A stretch of DNA of 54,786 nt, from positions 1-54,786 of the IMG/VR virus record IMGVR_UViG_3300043446_002312. One strand, given 5' to 3'. Position numbers and translations under genes: made by a program. The notes beneath the pieces were generated by a model. That model was given only the letters and a program-made list of their open reading frames with translations, was not told the DNA's origin and ran no database searches. This DNA comes from a virus. Its lineage: Duplodnaviria; Caudoviricetes. Positions 9,132-17,340 of this stretch are shown here, piece after piece (position 1 is the first letter of the stretch; each line of letters begins with the position of its first letter).

Positions 9132-9289
9132 CAGTAAAGCCTCTTTCTACATTTCGAGCAACCACCTCGCGGTGGCGGGGGATTCCCCTTGTAAGCCATA
9201 ATCTTTTGCAAGATCTTTTTCGCTTCCTCCATTTCGCCCCGTTGTACGGCGGTGTGGTAGTTATTCCAAAGTTCTTGGGATGAATTCAT
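9131..9289 (-). CDS. Small hypothetical protein (52 aa, CxxC)
   Basis: Not in the track; MNSSQELWNNYHTAVQRGEMEEAKKILQKIMAYKGNPPPPRGGCSKCRKRLY; start and stop coupled to both neighbours. Confidence 0.7.
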   Translation of the reverse strand: MNSSQELWNNYHTAVQRGEMEEAKKILQKIMAYKGNPPPPRGGCSKCRKRLY

Positions 9290-10506
9290 TAGCAAGGAGC
9301 AATGGGACCAGGATTACCCTCACAAGGAAGGCAACCCAACTTCCACAGTGAGTTAATGGAGGCCAGATGGAAAGTATCTTCCAGAATCCAACCTTTTCCT
9401 TGAGGGGATTTCGCTACAAAGTAGAATCTTCCCTTCGGAGTCTGAATGAAAGTTTCCGGAACAATTCCGATCACAGAACCCCCTTCGAGGTACAGTTGTT
9501 TTGCCTCGGGATTAAGTGGGTCGATGTTAAGGAAGGTGTATGCCCCGGCAACAACGGCAAACTCACCGGCATTGATACCAGTAAACCACTCAGCATACTT
9601 CGACGCTCGGTCGGAAATCGGGTCGGCTTTACCTGCAACGTCATTCCACAGTTCGATCGCGTACCTTGCCAGGAACTTTCCGGTCGGAGTGTAGAAGACT
9701 TCTTCAAGGGGCTCAGCGGTCTCAGCGTCCCAAACGGTTACAACTAACCTACCATCTTCAGTATAGCTGTTATTACTCAGAAGATAAATCGGTTGATTCA
9801 ACGGATCCGGAAGGAATACTGTGTCAGGGTCGCAAACAAATACCCAATCTCCCGACTGTGTCGCAGGGTTACTCCAGCGAACTCCGTACGCCGTGGAATA
9901 ATCTTCCGACGGCAGTTTATCGCCGAAATACCATGGAACATAGATCTCACCGCTAGCCGAGTCCACGACACCAGCCAAGGGAAGACGGGTCTCTACATTC
10001 GGTCCTGGGAAGATTTGACGGCAGTCGCCTCGCTGAACGCAAGGGTCAAGAGAGACAAAGGGAAGTGTTTCTTCCGCAGTCAGAACGTAAGTTTGAGTGT
10101 AGGTGTACTGAGATTCTGGGCTCAAGCCTGTAAATAATTCGCTTTGGCAAGTAAATGGTTCGATGACTTGAATTGACGCACCGGAGGGAACACTGCCATT
10201 AACGGTGTTGAAAGCGCCAGCAAGAAGCTGAGTGGCGAAATCGTGACCAGAAGATGTAAGATAGTTCTGACAAGAGAAGTTCAGCTCAAAGCTCATACTT
10301 CTTTCGAAAACCATCGGAATCCGATTCTTAACCGTGTTTGAAGAGCCCGTGTAGCGAACAACGATGTTGTTAGTTTGCTGCACCACGCCTTCATTTTCGA
10401 TCGCATCCGCGAGGCGAAGAACATTCACGCTGATCGGAATCAAGGGAGAGGCAATAAGAGCGTCAACAATGAATTGTTCGATACGGGATATTGTGTTAAG
10501 TTCCAT
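9289..10506 (-). CDS. Tail terminator/completion-like protein (Mu gp37-like N-terminus) with a long C-terminal extension
   Basis: N-terminal IEQFIVDAL...IVVRYTGS...SFELNFSCQNY pattern; adjacent to the neck gene. Confidence 0.55.
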   Translation of the reverse strand: MELNTISRIEQFIVDALIASPLIPISVNVLRLADAIENEGVVQQTNNIVVRYTGSSNTVKNRIPMVFERSMSFELNFSCQNYLTSSGHDFATQLLAGAFNTVNGSVPSGASIQVIEPFTCQSELFTGLSPESQYTYTQTYVLTAEETLPFVSLDPCVQRGDCRQIFPGPNVETRLPLAGVVDSASGEIYVPWYFGDKLPSEDYSTAYGVRWSNPATQSGDWVFVCDPDTVFLPDPLNQPIYLLSNNSYTEDGRLVVTVWDAETAEPLEEVFYTPTGKFLARYAIELWNDVAGKADPISDRASKYAEWFTGINAGEFAVVAGAYTFLNIDPLNPEAKQLYLEGGSVIGIVPETFIQTPKGRFYFVAKSPQGKGWILEDTFHLASINSLWKLGCLPCEGNPGPIAPC

Positions 10507-10509
10507 GGT

Positions 10510-11589
10510 TTACGGGAAATTCGTGTTTGATCCGTCAATATACCACCCACCAGCGTCGTTCGGCTCGGCGGTCTGAAGCGTGCCACCCAGTTCAAGGAAG
10601 TTATTTGCTGTAACCCAGTTGGGGAAGTCGTTGTTCTGGCCGATTGCACCCCAGCCCACCCGGTAATCCGGAGCCTGGTCTCCAGCGGTGTCGGTTGTCC
10701 AGCCTGAAAGACCCTTGCCGGAAACCGAGTTGTAGCGTTGGGGAATACGCCAGGAGCGCATAATTCCCTGCGGAGTATCAACTGCTGAGTCACCATTTCC
10801 TGCGCGAATCGCAGTCATTCCCATCTCGGCCTGCATCTGCTTCAGAGCGGCGTCGTAATCCTTGTAGACGTCTTCTCTGCGGCGAACCGTATCGAGGTAG
10901 TAACGAGCGATTGTTAAAGCGGTGCGCCGGCGATTACTTGTAATCAGCACCATTCCAGCTTTACCCGATTGCTCAATATACGAGTCAATCAGGGAGTTGG
11001 CGTCTTGAATCGCCATGTTCAGCTTTGCCACGTTTACTGTAGTGGCTGCTGCGTCGTCTATGTTTGTAAGCTGAATGGCTTCCTTGAGGCCGAAGGCAAC
11101 AATGAAATCGTCGGGAGAAGCACTTCGTGGATCCGACTTATTGTTTGTAAGTTTTCCTGAGCGATTCTGATAAGGAAAACCGTATCCACCGATTGTTTGC
11201 CCCAAGTTAGACTGAATTCGGGAACCGTCTGTGGATTCATCAGGGGCGAGAGTGTTTCGCGCTGCGACGCGGTAGAAGGCCCGCGTGGCGTTTCGCTTCT
11301 TAACAACGTCGTTCGCCGTGGGGGGAATTGGACCGCGAAGGCAAAGGTTTAGGTCCAAAGGAGGCTCGTATGAGACGAAAGCTTGATCCCAAGGAGTTAG
11401 AGTGCTATCTAACCCAAGGGAGACCATCGCATCCGAGGAATAGACCATGGTTTCCACCCCGTACTGACCGTAATTTACGGTGAAGGAGGTGAGCGGAACC
11501 GGGACATTTGTGTCCAGCGGCGCGTCAAAATACAGAACAACCGTTGTTGGCGTAGAAACTAGAATTTCCTTGATCTTAGGCGCAGCCAT
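10510..11589 (-). CDS. Head-tail adaptor (DUF1320/Mu gp36-like) fused to an N-terminal SwmB/Ig-like domain
   Basis: AIQDANSLIDSYI...LTIARYYLD...VYKDYDAALKQM; N-terminal VVLYFDAPLD...SFTVN...VSYEPP. Confidence 0.7.
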   Translation of the reverse strand: MAAPKIKEILVSTPTTVVLYFDAPLDTNVPVPLTSFTVNYGQYGVETMVYSSDAMVSLGLDSTLTPWDQAFVSYEPPLDLNLCLRGPIPPTANDVVKKRNATRAFYRVAARNTLAPDESTDGSRIQSNLGQTIGGYGFPYQNRSGKLTNNKSDPRSASPDDFIVAFGLKEAIQLTNIDDAAATTVNVAKLNMAIQDANSLIDSYIEQSGKAGMVLITSNRRRTALTIARYYLDTVRRREDVYKDYDAALKQMQAEMGMTAIRAGNGDSAVDTPQGIMRSWRIPQRYNSVSGKGLSGWTTDTAGDQAPDYRVGWGAIGQNNDFPNWVTANNFLELGGTLQTAEPNDAGGWYIDGSNTNFP

Positions 11590-11597
11590 CAGCTTCC

Positions 11598-12020
11598 TCA
11601 GCTATAAAGGTTAGTACGAGGGTCGTTAGAGAACGGGTGAAAGTATTCGCTAACCCAGAACGAATAGGCATCTTGTGGAACTTCGATAACGTATCCGTCT
11701 AACTGTCGATACTTGCAGTTTTGCAGGTAATTTGCAGCCTGGCGGAGAGGCCATTCGTCCCTCCAGTTCACTTCCCATGAGTCGATTGTGATGAAAAAAC
11801 CGTCGACCGTGTAATCAATGCGACCAACGATTGGTCCGCCGCTTTGTTCTTCATCTGAGTACGGGGGATTACTATAGTCGAAGGATTCTGAGACTCGCTC
11901 GAAAACTTCGCCGTCCCACTTCACCAAAAGATACCGAAGCTGAACCGGGGGATCTTCGTAGTAAAGGAAATCTTGAAAGAGCCACGTGGGCGATTGAATA
12001 CTGGGACGACGAATTGCCAT
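11598..12020 (-). CDS. Hypothetical protein
   Basis: ATG at 12020 (MAIRRPS) just after the upstream stop. Confidence 0.65.
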   Translation of the reverse strand: MAIRRPSIQSPTWLFQDFLYYEDPPVQLRYLLVKWDGEVFERVSESFDYSNPPYSDEEQSGGPIVGRIDYTVDGFFITIDSWEVNWRDEWPLRQAANYLQNCKYRQLDGYVIEVPQDAYSFWVSEYFHPFSNDPRTNLYS

Positions 12021-12025
12021 AGTTA

Positions 12026-12832
12026 TTAAGGGGGAGCATTCCAGGTAGCTTTTCCGCCAAATGGGTTTGAGCGCGGCGAGGTTCCGTAAGCGGACGATTT
12101 TGGCATCTCTTTGGCTGAAGTCGGAAAGACAAAATCCCACACCGACTGTTCGTTAACTGGTTTCTCGTTGTCTCCGCCACTGTCATTGGGCTGCTTACCG
12201 TCGTTCTCACCTGCGTGACCGTGCTGAAGGTCAACATGGCGTACCCAGATATACTTGCCACTTCGTTTCAGGCAAACACACAACCAATCCGAACTCATCG
12301 GACCACCTTCTTCAATGACTGTGCACCCGTGATTCTCTTTTGATGCGGGGGGAAGGCTCCCAGCCGGATATACCGGAAGGCGCACCATCGTGCTGTTGTC
12401 TGGCATTTTGAGTTTCTTCTCTGCCTTAGACGCTAACAGCTGAGGATCAAACAGGACGTCCTGAAGGATCGCGTACTGGTATTCTCCACTAGAGGGTACG
12501 ATGTTTACTCTTTTGCCAACCAATCCTTTCGGTTGTTTACCTTTGAAGGCAGGCGAGGTGTCAATCCAGTGCGACGGCGCCGCTTGTTCCCCAGGCCGCT
12601 CAGCTGAGAATTCTCCGGTTGCCCCTGTGATTTGAGGTATATCGGTGTTATGATCGTCGAAAATAACCTTTACTCTCCCACGGTTGAGCGGATCATTCAC
12701 GTCCACGATTGTCCCCCGCAAAGTCCCTCTCGGCAGACCTGCGAATTTCATGTTTGTCTCAGTGGCGTTCAGCATTGAAACAAACTGACTCACAAATTCA
12801 GAAGCTCTGAGTTTGGGTGGATGCATGCTCAA
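12026..12832 (-). CDS. Baseplate spike/hub protein (gp5/gpV OB-fold)
   Basis: RGTIVDVNDPLNRGRVKV OB-fold signature; HGH possible apex metal motif. Confidence 0.75.
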   Translation of the reverse strand: MSMHPPKLRASEFVSQFVSMLNATETNMKFAGLPRGTLRGTIVDVNDPLNRGRVKVIFDDHNTDIPQITGATGEFSAERPGEQAAPSHWIDTSPAFKGKQPKGLVGKRVNIVPSSGEYQYAILQDVLFDPQLLASKAEKKLKMPDNSTMVRLPVYPAGSLPPASKENHGCTVIEEGGPMSSDWLCVCLKRSGKYIWVRHVDLQHGHAGENDGKQPNDSGGDNEKPVNEQSVWDFVFPTSAKEMPKSSAYGTSPRSNPFGGKATWNAPP

Positions 12833-13092
12833 TTACCGTTGCGAGGTTTCGAAAATTTGGGGATGTTTCGCGGATGGCGTTTGGGAGGGGGAGAAAGAGG
12901 AGGGGGAGTGCGAACTCCTGTGGGCTGAACCGGCTCCGCTGGTTTTGGCTCTTCAATCGTTGGCTCTTCGATTACCAGAACTTCCGGAATAATCTCGTTA
13001 ACTTCTTCTTGATCGAGTGGTAGTTCTTCTTCCATTGGTTCGAGTGAGTTCACTTTAGGTTGCGTCGATGGTTTACGTCGTCTGGTAGCCAT
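12829..13092 (-). CDS. Pro/Glu-rich hypothetical protein
   Basis: 87-aa ORF; GGGTAAAA 22 nt upstream. Confidence 0.65.
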   Translation of the reverse strand: MATRRRKPSTQPKVNSLEPMEEELPLDQEEVNEIIPEVLVIEEPTIEEPKPAEPVQPTGVRTPPPLSPPPKRHPRNIPKFSKPRNGN

Positions 13093-13114
13093 ACGTTGGT
13101 TAGGTACTAGAAAG

Positions 13115-13122
13115 TTTTACCC
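13115..13122 (-). promoter_or_regulatory. Putative late promoter GGGTAAAA
   Basis: 22 nt above ATG 13092; contains the upstream stop. Confidence 0.7.
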
Positions 13123-16023
13123 GTTCGAAGGAAGAAGGTATAAAGTCTCCGGCTGGGTGACAGCAACTCTCCAGGCTGCTTCTTCTTGCGGATCAAAGAA
13201 ACCGTCCTCAGCAGAGGAAGCGTCAGCTATAAAATACGCGTAGCAAATCTTGTAGTTGTTTGCGTCTACGTTGTAAGTCTTCGACGGATTGTCGCATGTT
13301 GGGGGACACTTGTAAATACTGGCATCCCAGAGTGGAGCTTCAATCGGCTCCATCGCTCCAACAAGGATGTCGTTTACGTAGTAGCCCGATAAGAAGTTAC
13401 ATGCGCTAATGTTCAGGTATATGCCTTCCCAATTCCCGAATCCTTCCTTTGAAAAATCAACCGAGCGGCTGTGGAGAGGGTCGTAATCAATAAACTGTGC
13501 TTCCGAGAATTCATCGTAGTTCTCATCTGCAGTTGGTCGAACGGCAGCGTTAGTGTAAGAAGCATCTACAAACGAAAAGTCGTCGTATATCGCCGTAGAA
13601 TATAGGTACGGCTCAGAATACACATAGGTGTAGTCGGTTCGGTCATTGGCTAGAACCACTTCCTCATAAATCTTAGGAAGGCTTGCCTCTGGAGGGCAAT
13701 TCATCTTTTCGGTCTCGATATTGCTACCATAGTATGCAAAATCTTCGCAAATGAGTGCTGCCTTCTGCCAAGCTGCTCCGTTACGCCCGTAGTCTAACGG
13801 CATACGAACGAAGAAACGCTGCCAATTATCAAGGGCAGGGCCATTGTTCTGGTCGGCTACAAGCGGGTTTTGATAGATTTCTCGATCAAGAAGTTCCGTT
13901 GTGTTTGCAACTTGAAGGTGCTGACTTGCCCACAACCGAAGTGGAGTTTCTGCATCGTAAACGTTGGGGGACATCGTGTAGGTAATCCCGCTGAACACAA
14001 TAGAAGAAATGTCCAGCTGGTAAGAAGATGTAAGAGAATCCGAAATTTCGATCTTCGGGAAATTTGTTTTTCCAGTCAGAGACAGAGGTCGGTAGGTTAC
14101 GGTATAAAGACCGTTAACCGGATCGGAAGTGTAAGAGAACTCGTAATCGTCGGTAAGTAAACCGACTCCGTTTGTTAACAGATTCCCGTCACAGTAGAAA
14201 AGAACGGTCCCTAGATTTAAAGGTGCAGGCGGAGAAGAAAGCGAGGCATTCTGACTGATGGATACCCAAGTAGAATCGTAGTACATTAAAGCACCTCGAT
14301 TCCCCGGCGTGGTATTTGCGTAATCCCACCAGAGCTCCCCTTCGAACGGGCCTCCAAACAATGAACTATTGGCGATAAACTTCAGAATTGAGTCTGGGAA
14401 AAGGGTCCACGTTGTTGGCCCATTTTCTTTGGCAAGAACAGTCTTGTAAGCTCCGGAAACAGTGATATCAAGATTGTCAATAGTGTAGTTCGTACCCGCA
14501 GGGTCTAACCCGTTTGAATTTAGAATATAGGTAGGAACATTGAAAGGAATGTTTACGCACCCTACGTCAAAAGCTAAAACGTTAGCAAACTCAAACCGAA
14601 TTGGAACCCAATACTGAGTATCTGGCTGACGGTAGAGGTACACTCGTCCTGCCCCCGCAAAAGTTCCCTCGATGTTTAGAACGTTGGCAGCTGACGAAAG
14701 TCCTGTGATATTGGCAATAAAGACACTAATTGTGCTAGGTGGAACTAAACTCTGGTTCGCAACAAAAGTTGCTACATCCGGAAACACTATCTCAGGAATA
14801 AGTTCTTGATCCGGCTCTTCTCGGTAAATCACCTCAGCCCAAAACGGGCATTTCTCCTCTTGAACGAACATAGTTGCCAGAACTCCCGTGGCGCTATTCC
14901 ACCACAGTTTACCAGGCGGAAGTATCCCCGAGATGGCCGCGTCGACCGTTGCCCTTTGCGCGTAAACCATGTCAACAATTTCGTTGAACGGAAGTTCGCG
15001 CTCAATTACGGGAAGGAAGAGAGATTTATTTTCATCAAATCCGTGCAGAGATAGGCTATCAAAAGCCAGATTGAACGGGAGAGGGCCTCCTTTGTTCCCC
15101 CACGCGCCCAGGAAATTTTCTAAAGTTTTCGCAGAGTTCCAGTCAGAGGGATCACTCCAATCTTGAATCTTTACCTGGATAGTCGAGTTGGTAGGCGTTG
15201 TTTTGTTTGAATAGGCCCACACAAGAAACGCAGTCACACCTGGCGAGTTCTCCCCAAGACTTTCGGGAATGCTCAAAACCCAGCGCTCAGAATCCTCGTT
15301 GTACGTCGGGGAAACGTCTACAGACAAAGTGTCGGAGTAAGATAGATATAAGGGCTTATCAAAGGCGTAAGATGAGCCTGCAAAAAGTATCGGGAACAGA
15401 TAAGGGAACAGGCCAGTTGTGTCGTAACCCGGAAAAAGAGTTAGAGAGCCGTTATTGTCTTTACAATTGAAAGTGTTGTCACCAGCGACTCCGATTTCAG
15501 GTCTGTAAAAGGGAGCCGGTCTTGCGCCCGGGATATCAATCCGAAGTTGCGTGTTGTTGTTGATCTCTGTAAAAAACGTATCATCAACTTCACCAAAGTT
15601 GAGAACCATTCCGGCAGCGGTTTCCGTTAGAGAGAGAATCGGATAAGCATAAATGTCAAGATAAGCAATCTGACCGGCTTTAATTCGATCGTCCTTCTCA
15701 ATTTCTACAATCGCTACCCAAGGCGAAGTAAAATCCTCGATATTCTCCCAAGTTTTTACAGACAGGACTCGAGGGAGAATGAAACTGTTATAGACTCCGT
15801 AGGTTCCCCCAAGGAGCTGCCTCTTTTGCGAAACCGTCGCGGGAAGGTTAGTCCAGTAGTTACTTCCGCTCCAACCTAGCAGCTGAGCAATAAAATCTAA
15901 CTGCCCATTAACCCTGGATTCAGTTAGGGATACTTGTTCCGCTTGATCGGGAGAGAGGTATTTGTTTGTATAATTACGAAGCTCAAACTCGCTTGCGCTA
16001 AAACTGGGATTCGCTACAGTCAT
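13117..16023 (-). CDS. Large baseplate/tail structural protein (gpI/wedge-like N-terminus)
   Basis: 968 aa, beta-rich; LDFIAQLLGW...KRQLL N-terminal motif; within the baseplate operon. Confidence 0.6.
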   Translation of the reverse strand: MTVANPSFSASEFELRNYTNKYLSPDQAEQVSLTESRVNGQLDFIAQLLGWSGSNYWTNLPATVSQKRQLLGGTYGVYNSFILPRVLSVKTWENIEDFTSPWVAIVEIEKDDRIKAGQIAYLDIYAYPILSLTETAAGMVLNFGEVDDTFFTEINNNTQLRIDIPGARPAPFYRPEIGVAGDNTFNCKDNNGSLTLFPGYDTTGLFPYLFPILFAGSSYAFDKPLYLSYSDTLSVDVSPTYNEDSERWVLSIPESLGENSPGVTAFLVWAYSNKTTPTNSTIQVKIQDWSDPSDWNSAKTLENFLGAWGNKGGPLPFNLAFDSLSLHGFDENKSLFLPVIERELPFNEIVDMVYAQRATVDAAISGILPPGKLWWNSATGVLATMFVQEEKCPFWAEVIYREEPDQELIPEIVFPDVATFVANQSLVPPSTISVFIANITGLSSAANVLNIEGTFAGAGRVYLYRQPDTQYWVPIRFEFANVLAFDVGCVNIPFNVPTYILNSNGLDPAGTNYTIDNLDITVSGAYKTVLAKENGPTTWTLFPDSILKFIANSSLFGGPFEGELWWDYANTTPGNRGALMYYDSTWVSISQNASLSSPPAPLNLGTVLFYCDGNLLTNGVGLLTDDYEFSYTSDPVNGLYTVTYRPLSLTGKTNFPKIEISDSLTSSYQLDISSIVFSGITYTMSPNVYDAETPLRLWASQHLQVANTTELLDREIYQNPLVADQNNGPALDNWQRFFVRMPLDYGRNGAAWQKAALICEDFAYYGSNIETEKMNCPPEASLPKIYEEVVLANDRTDYTYVYSEPYLYSTAIYDDFSFVDASYTNAAVRPTADENYDEFSEAQFIDYDPLHSRSVDFSKEGFGNWEGIYLNISACNFLSGYYVNDILVGAMEPIEAPLWDASIYKCPPTCDNPSKTYNVDANNYKICYAYFIADASSAEDGFFDPQEEAAWRVAVTQPETLYLLPSNG

Positions 16024-17340
16024 TTAAGTTAATTCCACTCCGTAAGTTTCAAGAGCTAAATATTCTTGACGAACACACACAACAGGGCTCATCCAAAGGG
16101 TAGAGTAACCCTTCACTTGCTCGTAAAAGTCAATTAAATCTTCGTCAAAAGGCCTCGTCAACCAGTCGGCAATCGGTTTGTATTCTCTATGAATGATCGG
16201 CCGAATGTCCTGAATATCCTGCAGCTCAAAATTGAAATCCACATCAATATATGCAAGATTGCAGTAGGTTGCCGGAATTTCTTCCCCCTGAGAGTTAAAC
16301 ACGGTAGAAGGTACAGCTTCTGCCGGATATACGGCCAAGGCGCAGCGAGTGGAAGGCTCAGCTTGGCGGGTGACTTTTGTGATTACACCTGAAACTGTTA
16401 TGGACTGAATTTTCATACTCAGCTCCGTGAAATCTACTCGCCATCCAGTCTGCAGACTCGGTGAAACGATGTTGAACTCGAAATATTGACTCGTTTCATC
16501 AGCGGATACGGTTGACGTTGTCACTTCTGACGTTCCTGAGGGATCTACATAACTTAAAGTCGCACTACCGGAATAGCTCGTTCCAGCCGGGCAGCGTAAA
16601 ACAACCTTCGAATAAGCGGATGGCAGAATTGTTTCCGGAAAGACCGGGGCACTTTGGAAAGTTTCATTACTTTCCCACTGAATAAATGACGTGGCGGGTT
16701 GAGCAAAACCTGGGAAATAATTGTCGCTGTTTGACCAATAGGTGGTCGAGTTTAGGAAAGCGTTCACTGAAGGATACCTCCAACCAATAATCCCATCGCT
16801 GCTCGAAGTTATGATGAGTTTAGTCCCCGCCAACGAGTAATCTTCTACTTTATAGTAATTTTCAGCAGGAGCATCGTCATATACCAGCTGGTACGCGACA
16901 AGATAACGACCGCTGCCAATATCGAGTTCTTTTAAGTTTAGAATGGCAGGAGGAACAACGGTTGTTCCATACTTCCAAACGATTTGACCTGCTTTTATGA
17001 TTAGGTTCTCGTGCGAGTCCGAGGCGATCGCTTCCGCCGAGATAGGGCCAAATATCCCTTCGCCCCAGGGAATATACACGTAACCTACGTCCTGAGTCCC
17101 ACCAAGTTGAATGGCAGTATTTGTGGCCGGAAGTATATCGAAGAAGTTTGTTTGATAAGTTTCGCTTACAGCCGGCAATCTGCGGTATATGGGTCTTCCG
17201 TAAATTTCCCACTCTGTAGGGCGATTCTTTAGGTTCTTGACCTCGATATACTGAACTGACGGAGTGTTTACGCTCCTTCTTTCCGTGGAGGTTCGAAGGG
17301 TTTGAATTCCCCCGCTAATTGGGACAAGCTGCTGACTCAT
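16024..17340 (-). CDS. Baseplate/tail structural protein
   Basis: 438 aa, beta-rich, coupled between baseplate genes. Confidence 0.55.
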   Translation of the reverse strand: MSQQLVPISGGIQTLRTSTERRSVNTPSVQYIEVKNLKNRPTEWEIYGRPIYRRLPAVSETYQTNFFDILPATNTAIQLGGTQDVGYVYIPWGEGIFGPISAEAIASDSHENLIIKAGQIVWKYGTTVVPPAILNLKELDIGSGRYLVAYQLVYDDAPAENYYKVEDYSLAGTKLIITSSSDGIIGWRYPSVNAFLNSTTYWSNSDNYFPGFAQPATSFIQWESNETFQSAPVFPETILPSAYSKVVLRCPAGTSYSGSATLSYVDPSGTSEVTTSTVSADETSQYFEFNIVSPSLQTGWRVDFTELSMKIQSITVSGVITKVTRQAEPSTRCALAVYPAEAVPSTVFNSQGEEIPATYCNLAYIDVDFNFELQDIQDIRPIIHREYKPIADWLTRPFDEDLIDFYEQVKGYSTLWMSPVVCVRQEYLALETYGVELT

